Part shown: positions 18,193 through 24,403 of the stretch, piece after piece
How positions within the stretch are numbered: position 1 is the stretch's first letter
Layout of the letters: the number at the start of each line of letters is the position of its first letter
Source of the DNA: Candidatus Electronema aureum
Lineage (GTDB): Bacteria; Desulfobacterota; Desulfobulbia; Desulfobulbales; Desulfobulbaceae
Reading direction: 5' to 3'
Length of the DNA: 32,000 nucleotides
Assembly (NCBI GenBank): GCA_004284765.1
Contig: NQJD01000002.1
Location: 1 to 32,000, forward strand
Position numbers and translations under genes: made by a program
Notes under the pieces: generated by a model
The model's database searches: none
What the model saw: the letters and a program-made list of their open reading frames with translations, nothing else
What the model was told of the DNA's origin: nothing

Positions 18193-18806
18193 AAATTACT
18201 CTATCCATTTTTTGGATTTGTTGGTGTGCTTTGCACAGTCTGCTGATTTCCGCTCCGGTTAATGACTGGCTCCAACGAAAAGGCGGCGTTGTACGCGGCA
18301 CCCACCGGATAGCCTATTCGTTGTTTTCCGTCCTAACGCTGATTCCGCTGCTTTGGTATCAATACAGTCTGCCACAAGAGGTGGTTTTTTCTTGGTCAGA
18401 CTGGCTACGCATTCCGCAGGCAATGCTACTACTCTATGCGCTGATCATGTTGCACGGTGGATATCTGGTTTATAACATGGGGCATTTGCTCGGCTTCAGC
18501 CAGTGGCGGAGCTGGCGGCAAGGAAGAGAAAATCCGGCTTTACCGTTCTCGTGCGAGGGGGTGCTGCGCTACGTTCGCCACCCTTGGTACAGCAGCGGTC
18601 TGCCGATTTTATGGACAGTCGGCCCGATTACCGATGCCAACCTTTTTACCCGGATTATCCTCAGTCTTTACCTTGTCATCGGCACGTTATTGGAAGAACG
18701 AAAGCTGCTGCATGAGATAGGCGAATCGTACCGCAGTTACTGCCGACAAGTACCAATGCTCATTCCTTGGAAGGGGAGAGTGAAGGTGCGCCTTTCCTCG
18801 GAATAA
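18189..18806 (+). CDS. Membrane methyltransferase, ICMT/PEMT-like family
   Basis: Polytopic protein with RYVRHPWYSSG and LEERKLLHEIGESYRSYCRQVPMLIPW, the C-terminal signature of isoprenylcysteine carboxyl / phospholipid methyltransferase-like proteins. Start overlaps the mutY stop (ATGA). Confidence 0.7.
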   Translation: MKITLSIFWICWCALHSLLISAPVNDWLQRKGGVVRGTHRIAYSLFSVLTLIPLLWYQYSLPQEVVFSWSDWLRIPQAMLLLYALIMLHGGYLVYNMGHLLGFSQWRSWRQGRENPALPFSCEGVLRYVRHPWYSSGLPILWTVGPITDANLFTRIILSLYLVIGTLLEERKLLHEIGESYRSYCRQVPMLIPWKGRVKVRLSSE

Positions 18807-18902
18807 ATCTGCCAAAGTCCGCATGATTCTTGCAGCATCGGCCTTGATGTGGTAAGTCTCTGTGTTGGCACAATTTTAATCTTTCAAAAAGGAGATGTTG
18901 CG

Positions 18903-20075
18903 ATGAAACGTTGCTTTACCGCGCTCTGTGCGCTGGCGTTCTGTTTTCCCTTGGCTTCCTGTCGATCCGACAGAAAAACCGTGATCAAGGTAGGCATTAA
19001 CGCCCCGATTACTGGCGATATTCCCAAGGTCGGCGAAGGGACTAAATATGCAGCAGAGTTGTGGCTTGAGGACATAAATAAAGCAGGTGGCATTGAGGTC
19101 GGCGGGGTGAAATACCCGGTTGAGTTAGTGATTGAAGACAGCGAATCCAAAGCCGAATCAGCGGTTAAGGCCAGCACGAAGATGATCACCCAAGATGAAG
19201 TGTTGGTCATCATCGGGCCGCAGGCTTCCAAAGAGGCTATTCCAGCGGGTTCGGTGGCTAACGACAAGCAGACCCCGATGATCAGCCCGTGGTCAACCAA
19301 CCCAGACACCACCGCAAATCGGCCTTATGTTTTCCGCGCCTGTTTCCTTGACCCCTTTCAAGGGCCGGTGCTGGCCAATTTCATCAGTGACGAGTTTAAA
19401 TTCACCAAAGCGGCAGTGCTGTACGACGTGGCCAGCGATTATCCTAAAGGCTTGGCGGAATTCTTCAAGAAAGCCTGGGAAGAAAAGCACGGTGCTGGTT
19501 CCGTGGTCGCTTATGAGAGCTTCACCACCAAGGACACCGATTTCAGCTCTCAGTTGACTAAGATTATCCGCTCTGGCGCAGAAGTGCTGTTCACGCCGCA
19601 ATATTACAACGAAGTGGCTTTGATCGTGCAGCAGGCCAAGGCACTCGGTTGGAAAAGTCCGGTGATCGGCAGCGACAGCTGGGGTTCTGCTGAGACCGTG
19701 CAGCTCTGCGGCGAAGCCTGTTATGGTCAATTCTTCAGCACCCACTATGCTGCGGCTGGAGCGCAAGGGGCAACCAAGGCGTTTATCGACCGCTACAAGA
19801 CCAAAAACGGCTATGTGCCAGATGACGTGGCCGCACTGACGTGGGATGCGCTGCGACTGGCGCAGACCGCCATTGAATCTTCAGGTAGCCTCAGCGGTGA
19901 TATCAAGAAAGATCGGACAGCGGTGCGCGATGCGTTAGCCAAAGTGAAAGATTTTGACGGCATTACCGGCAAGATGACCTTTTCTGGCACTGGCGACCCG
20001 ACCAAATGCGCTGTGATTGTTAAGATCAGCGAGAAGGGAGAGTACGAATTCTACAAGTCAGTTTGTCCTAAGTAA
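18903..20075 (+). CDS. ABC transporter substrate-binding lipoprotein, LivK/branched-chain amino-acid type
   Basis: ATG 18903 preceded by AAAGGAGA. Signal plus lipobox (FPLASC). The IKVGINAPITGD... and ...IIGPQAS.. pattern is typical of Peripla_BP_6. No permease or ATPase genes are adjacent. Confidence 0.85.
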   Translation: MKRCFTALCALAFCFPLASCRSDRKTVIKVGINAPITGDIPKVGEGTKYAAELWLEDINKAGGIEVGGVKYPVELVIEDSESKAESAVKASTKMITQDEVLVIIGPQASKEAIPAGSVANDKQTPMISPWSTNPDTTANRPYVFRACFLDPFQGPVLANFISDEFKFTKAAVLYDVASDYPKGLAEFFKKAWEEKHGAGSVVAYESFTTKDTDFSSQLTKIIRSGAEVLFTPQYYNEVALIVQQAKALGWKSPVIGSDSWGSAETVQLCGEACYGQFFSTHYAAAGAQGATKAFIDRYKTKNGYVPDDVAALTWDALRLAQTAIESSGSLSGDIKKDRTAVRDALAKVKDFDGITGKMTFSGTGDPTKCAVIVKISEKGEYEFYKSVCPK

Positions 20076-20081
20076 ACCTAT

Positions 20082-20121
20082 AAAGCAATGCGGATAACAA
20101 GAGCTGCATTGCTTTATTCTT
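20082..20121 (+). terminator. Probable rho-independent terminator after the binding-protein gene
   Basis: 10-bp stem AAAGCAATGC / GCATTGCTTT (20082..20091 and 20106..20115), 14-nt loop, then ATTCTTC. The large loop lowers confidence. Confidence 0.5.
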
Positions 20122-20147
20122 CAAAAGAAGAAAATTTATTGAGCGAT

Positions 20148-21242
20148 ATGATTCAGCAACGTATTGACAAATTGCAAGCAGCTCTTCGGGGCCGCAATCT
20201 TGATGCTTTTTTGGTTACTGAACCAGCCAATCGGCGTTATCTGAGTGCTTATACCAGCACTGACCACGGTATTCAGGAAAGCTCTGGGGTGCTGCTGATT
20301 CCAAAAAAAGGCAGACCGTGGTTGCTAACCGATTCTCGCTTTGAGCTACAGGCCAAAGAGGAGACGCAGGGCTTCACCGTTGAGCTGTACAAAAAGGGGC
20401 TGTTCGTTCTGCTGAAAACGCTGCTGGCTGGGCTGGGTGCGCGGCGGTTAGCCTTTGAGAGTCATTATTTTCTTCATGCCGCTGTTGGCAGAATGGAAAA
20501 AGTCTTGGGCAACGATGTTGAGCTGGTGCCTGTTACTAACTTGGTTGAGCGAATGCGGCTGATCAAGAGCGAGGAAGAAATCGGTCGATTAAAGAAAGCT
20601 GTCCTGTTGAATGAGCGGGTTTTTCAGCAGGTTCACAGCACGGTGGTTCCGGGTATGACTGAGATTGAAATTGCCCTGACCATAGAACGCATTATGCGGG
20701 AAATGGGTGCAGAACGACCGAGTTTTGAAACCATTGTTGCCTTTGGTTCCAACGCAGCCAAGCCGCACGCTGTACCCTCAGACCGTGTACTGAAAGAGGG
20801 TGAAATTGTCTTGATCGACATGGGCTTAGTGCTGGAAGGCTATTGCTCTGACATGACCCGTACTTTTACGGTTGGGAAGCCGGACAACCTTTTTATTGAT
20901 CGGCTGCGGGTAGTGCGCCAAGCGCAGTTAGCCGCGACCAAGGCTCTTCGTGCTGGTGCAGTGTGCCGCGAGGTAGATTTGGCGGCTCGGCAGATTATCG
21001 TTGATGCGGGCTATGGCAGCTGCTTTGGCCACGGCTTAGGCCACGGAGTTGGCCTTGCTGTCCATGAGGCCCCGCGCCTCAGTTCCCGAAACAGGAAACA
21101 GCTGCGAGCTGGAATGATTGTCACTATTGAGCCAGGCATTTATTTTCCCGGCTGGGGTGGTATTCGCTTGGAAAACATGGCTGTGGTACGCGAAGACGGC
21201 TGCGAGCTGTTCAATGAAGACCTAACTGGGCTAGATTTATGA
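20148..21242 (+). CDS. M24B family Xaa-Pro aminopeptidase/dipeptidase
   Basis: Creatinase-like N-domain plus a pita-bread domain with metal ligands in DMG...CSDMTRT, HGLGHGVGLAVHE and TIEPG..IRLEN. The ORF-track start at 20088 lies inside the upstream terminator hairpin, so ATG 20148 (MIQQRIDKLQ) is preferred. Confidence 0.85.
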   Translation: MIQQRIDKLQAALRGRNLDAFLVTEPANRRYLSAYTSTDHGIQESSGVLLIPKKGRPWLLTDSRFELQAKEETQGFTVELYKKGLFVLLKTLLAGLGARRLAFESHYFLHAAVGRMEKVLGNDVELVPVTNLVERMRLIKSEEEIGRLKKAVLLNERVFQQVHSTVVPGMTEIEIALTIERIMREMGAERPSFETIVAFGSNAAKPHAVPSDRVLKEGEIVLIDMGLVLEGYCSDMTRTFTVGKPDNLFIDRLRVVRQAQLAATKALRAGAVCREVDLAARQIIVDAGYGSCFGHGLGHGVGLAVHEAPRLSSRNRKQLRAGMIVTIEPGIYFPGWGGIRLENMAVVREDGCELFNEDLTGLDL

Positions 21243-21260
21243 TGCGTTTCGCTGCTGACT

Positions 21261-22037
21261 CTATCGGTGATGCGTGCTACGAGCGACGAAATATAAAGGT
21301 TGATAGGTTAGGCTGACCCCGCTGGCTGTGCTGAACCGTTGGCGGTATTCTGCGGAGAAATGCTGGAGCCGAGTACGACTCCACGGGCTGCGGTTGATGG
21401 CGTTGACTCCGGTTTGACGCAGATGGTGGAGGACTTCCTGTGGGCTGGTGAAATAGAGGATTTCCTGCTGGCTGCTGCTGTGGAGCAACTTGAAATGCCT
21501 ACGGACAATAGTTTCAATTTCCGGCAGACTAAGATACTCCAAGCCGATGCCGGTTAGTTCGTCTATTTCTCGCAGATTGTCTGGCCCGTAGAGTGAAAAA
21601 GCCAAGGTGCCACTAGGCTCTAAGGCAACGGCCAATTGCGCCAGCAGGTGGTCGAGATCGTGAAGCCAATGAAACGTCGATGAGGAAATAATCAGGTTGA
21701 ACGTGCCCGGCAGCGGTAGGTTTTCGATGTCGCCGGGCAGCAATCGTATCGACGGAGCAAGAGCGGCGATATTCATGCGAGCGGCAAAGTCCGGCACGAT
21801 ATCATTAAGAACTAATTCCTTCATTCCTTTGACCCGCTCGATGAGTCGGCGGGTGAGCAAACCAGTGCAGCAGCCTATTTCCAGCACTCGCTGCGGCGGT
21901 GTTGTTCCACCGTGCTGTGCCAGCAGATCAAGCAGATGCTCTGCTGTCCGTTGCTGAATCAAAGCTTGCTGCTCGTAGCTGTTCGCTGCTCGTTGAAACT
22001 GGCGACAAAGGAGCTGTTTGTCAATGCACTGGGGCAT
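21261..22037 (-). CDS. bioC: Malonyl-ACP O-methyltransferase (biotin synthesis) / class I SAM methyltransferase
   Basis: The N-terminal F.RAA.SYEQQA.IQ pattern, SAM motif VLEIGCCTG, GDIENLPLP and the C-terminal LTYQPLYFVA parallel E. coli BioC recalled from memory. No other bio genes are in the window. Confidence 0.65.
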   Translation of the reverse strand: MPQCIDKQLLCRQFQRAANSYEQQALIQQRTAEHLLDLLAQHGGTTPPQRVLEIGCCTGLLTRRLIERVKGMKELVLNDIVPDFAARMNIAALAPSIRLLPGDIENLPLPGTFNLIISSSTFHWLHDLDHLLAQLAVALEPSGTLAFSLYGPDNLREIDELTGIGLEYLSLPEIETIVRRHFKLLHSSSQQEILYFTSPQEVLHHLRQTGVNAINRSPWSRTRLQHFSAEYRQRFSTASGVSLTYQPLYFVARSTHHR

Positions 22038-22067
22038 GAGGACAGTTTTTCACCTAAGACTTTCAGA

Positions 22068-22096
22068 TTGAACAATTTTATTCATTTTGGTACAAT
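22068..22096 (+). promoter_or_regulatory. Sigma70 promoter with extended -10 for the toxin-antitoxin pair
   Basis: TTGAAC (22068..22073), 17-nt spacer ending in TGG, TACAAT (22091..22096), i.e. a TGnTACAAT extended -10, 39 nt upstream of the antitoxin ATG. Confidence 0.55.
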
Positions 22097-22134
22097 CAGC
22101 TCTATTGAAGATACTTCCACCGAAGGAGGATGTT

Positions 22135-22371
22135 ATGATTGTTACTATTTCCAAGGCAAAAATCGATCTTTCAAAGTTAGTGAAGAGGGCCTGTCATGGT
22201 GAAAGAATCATTATTACCAAAAACAATCTACCGCTTGCCGAGATAGTGCCGCACAATGTCCAAGGAAAGAGAATGCTTGGGACTTTTGCAGGGAAAGTTG
22301 CGTTGCCGGATAATATAATGGATGAGGATGAAGAGGTAAACGAAATGTTTTATGGCAAAGCTGAGAAATAA
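22135..22371 (+). CDS. Type II antitoxin, Phd/YefM family
   Basis: ATG 22135 preceded by GGAGGA. MIVTISKAKIDLSKLVKRACHGERIIITKNNLPLAEIVP is a typical Phd/YefM N-domain, followed by an acidic C-terminal tail. Located immediately upstream of a PIN toxin. Confidence 0.8.
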   Translation: MIVTISKAKIDLSKLVKRACHGERIIITKNNLPLAEIVPHNVQGKRMLGTFAGKVALPDNIMDEDEEVNEMFYGKAEK

Positions 22372-22389
22372 GCGAGGTGTTCGCGTTGA

Positions 22390-22761
22390 ATGAAGATACT
22401 TATTGATACGCATATTTTTTTGTGGGCGATAGCCGATCCAGCCAGAATCAGTGCTGATAAGAGGAAAAGACTGGAACAACTTACAAATACTGTCTATGTG
22501 AGTTCAATCACTATTGCTGAGATTATGATCAAGTCATCCATTCAGAAATTGAAGATTGAATATGATCCTCTTGATGCAGCCAAGCAGAGCGGTTTTCAAT
22601 TCCTCAATTTCCGTGCTGAAGATGCCCTGTTGCTTCTCAATTTACCCTTTCATCATAAAGACCCATTTGACAGGATGCTGATAGTTCAAGCCATTGCTAA
22701 CGACTGTTATTTGATGACAGACGATAGCAAGTTTCGTGCGTATGAATGCCGTCTTCTATAG
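22390..22761 (+). CDS. vapC: Type II toxin, PIN-domain ribonuclease (VapC family)
   Basis: MKILIDTHIFLW (first acidic residue), SSITIAEI, the DPFDRMLIVQA and LMTDD motifs of the PIN/COG3744-type toxin. 18 nt after the antitoxin stop. Confidence 0.85.
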   Translation: MKILIDTHIFLWAIADPARISADKRKRLEQLTNTVYVSSITIAEIMIKSSIQKLKIEYDPLDAAKQSGFQFLNFRAEDALLLLNLPFHHKDPFDRMLIVQAIANDCYLMTDDSKFRAYECRLL

Positions 22762-23946
22762 CTTAACCCGCCCGTTGCGCTTCATCACCCGCTTAAACCC
22801 ATCCCCAGCCTTCCTGATTCGCTCCTCGTCCACGCAGAAAGCCAATCGGATATGTCCCGGTCTACCAAACCCCTGTCCAGGCACAGCCAATATCTTTTCC
22901 TCCAGCAGCAGTTGGCAGAATTCCACCTCATCAATCGGGGTTTTAGGGAAGAGATAAAAGGCTCCCTTGGGCCGGACGTACTCAAAGCCCGCCTCGTCGA
23001 GAATTTTGCAGAAGATATCCCTCCGCCGTGCATAGATAGATACATCTGCGCTCACATCCTGAAGCTGCGCTACCGCCCGCTGCATCAACGCTGGAGCATT
23101 GACAAAACCAAGGATGCGGTTGGCTAACGTCATAGCATTAAGCAAGGCAGTCTTATCCGGCATATCAGGATGCACGGCTAAATAACCGATGCGCTCGCCG
23201 GGCAAAGATAAGTCCTTAGAATACGATGAAACCACGATGGTATTGACGCTGGCAGCCATAACCGAAGGCACTTCCAATCCGTCATAAACAATCTTGCGGT
23301 ACGGCTCATCAGCGATGATATACAGCGTGCGGCCAAACCGTTCCCCCGCGTGGTCTAACAGCTTGCCCAGCGCGACTAACGATTCTGCGCTATACACTTG
23401 GCCAGTGGGATTGTTGGGACTATTCATCAACACCACCTTGGTCTTCTCGCTCAAAGCTGCCTCGATAGCCGCCACATCGAGCTTGAATTCCTCGTCCGCT
23501 GGCACAATCTTGCTCACTCCGCCGTGGTTATCAACGTAAAAGGTATATTCGACAAAGAACGGACTGATCAGGATAACCTCATCGCCGGGATCAAGCAGGG
23601 CTTTCATCGCTACATTGAGCGCACCAGCAGCTCCGCAGGTCATGAGAACATCGCTTGCGCCGATGCCCGCGCCTTGTTCTCGTGCCAAACGAGCCGCTAC
23701 CGCCTCTCGCACGTGAGGATAACCGCTGTTCGGCATGTAGGCGTGCATTCCCGGTGCAGTTGATTGCGCCAGTTCAGTCAGCACGTGCAGAAATTGAGGC
23801 GGAGGCGGTACATCCGGGTTGCCAAGGCTGAAATCAAAGACATTCTCTGCACCGAACTGAGCCTTCATTCGGGTACCTTCCTCAAACATCTTACGAATCC
23901 AAGAGGATTTCTCGGCAAAGGCCAACATTTTCTGAGAAGCTGTCAT
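22756..23946 (-). CDS. Pyridoxal-phosphate-dependent aminotransferase, class I/II (Asp/Ala aminotransferase-like)
   Basis: 396 aa with FSLGNPD, NSPNNPTG, the PLP-lysine motif SYSKDLSLPGERIGY, and the C-terminal IRLAF. Confidence 0.9.
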   Translation of the reverse strand: MTASQKMLAFAEKSSWIRKMFEEGTRMKAQFGAENVFDFSLGNPDVPPPPQFLHVLTELAQSTAPGMHAYMPNSGYPHVREAVAARLAREQGAGIGASDVLMTCGAAGALNVAMKALLDPGDEVILISPFFVEYTFYVDNHGGVSKIVPADEEFKLDVAAIEAALSEKTKVVLMNSPNNPTGQVYSAESLVALGKLLDHAGERFGRTLYIIADEPYRKIVYDGLEVPSVMAASVNTIVVSSYSKDLSLPGERIGYLAVHPDMPDKTALLNAMTLANRILGFVNAPALMQRAVAQLQDVSADVSIYARRRDIFCKILDEAGFEYVRPKGAFYLFPKTPIDEVEFCQLLLEEKILAVPGQGFGRPGHIRLAFCVDEERIRKAGDGFKRVMKRNGRVKL

Positions 23947-24134
23947 GGTGTGCTTGTCGTTTATAATGGTTTTTCATTGAACGGAGAGTGCCGACTATGC
24001 TGCTGGGCTGGTGCATAAAGATTCTCCTCCTCTCAAGCTGGGCTTTGCCGCATCAAGCAGACAATCTGACCGCCAACAGCTCTGTTCTTCGCAGCCTGAA
24101 ACTATAGCTGAAGCAGCATAAAGTGAACTTGAAT

Positions 24135-24205
24135 GTCATTCCGAGCAAAGCGAGGAATCTCCTCTTCGTCCTTGGCGTGAGATTTCTCGCTCCGCTCGAA
24201 ATGAC
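24135..24205. repeat. REP-like imperfect inverted repeat
   Basis: GTCATTCCGAGCAAAGCGAGGAATCTC (24135..24161) and GAGATTTCTCGCTCCGCTCGAAATGAC (24179..24205) are reverse complements with 4 mismatches, separated by 17 nt. Intergenic location. Confidence 0.75.
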
Positions 24206-24251
24206 AGATACGACGGTTCAAAGTATGTTGCTCTGGCTATACTCTCTATCA

Positions 24252-24384
24252 GAGACAGTATAGTGTCTCTTGCGGAGTCACTACGGTGTCTCGGCTGGAG
24301 ACACTATGGTCACTCCACTGGAGACACTACGGTATCTCCCAAGGAGACACTATGGTGTCTCGGTTGGAGTCACTATGGTGTCTC
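24252..24384. repeat. Six tandem 23-bp units, each an 18-bp hairpin palindrome (consensus GAGACACTATGGTGTCTC) plus a variable 5-nt spacer
   Basis: Units start at 24252, 24275, 24298, 24321, 24344 and 24367, an exact 23-bp phase. Stems are GAGACAC/GTGTCTC with loop TAYG. The 5-nt sequences following units 1-6 are TTGCG, GGCTG, CACTG, CCAAG, GGTTG, CGCTT. The array ends 19 nt from the stop codon of the MmeI-like gene. Confidence 0.9.
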
Positions 24385-24403
24385 CGCTTTGACACGGCGT
24401 ACC

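Noticed and set aside
18866-18880. Sigma54-like TGGCAC upstream of the binding-protein gene
   Set aside because: The -24 element TGGCAC is present, but the position of the -12 element reads TAAT instead of TTGC (no GC dinucleotide). It fails the consensus.
23997-24107. 36-codon plus-strand ORF (MLLGWCIKILLLSS...) in the aminotransferase upstream region
   Set aside because: It has only a modest GGAGAG about 9 nt upstream and is antisense to the better-supported minus-strand uORF and its SD. There is no further evidence for it.
24252-24384. CRISPR (or TIGR-like guide) array interpretation of the six palindromic repeats
   Set aside because: The variable linkers are only 5 nt and the repeats 18 nt, far below any known spacer or repeat size. 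No cas or tas-like genes are adjacent. The array is kept as a repeat of unknown role instead.
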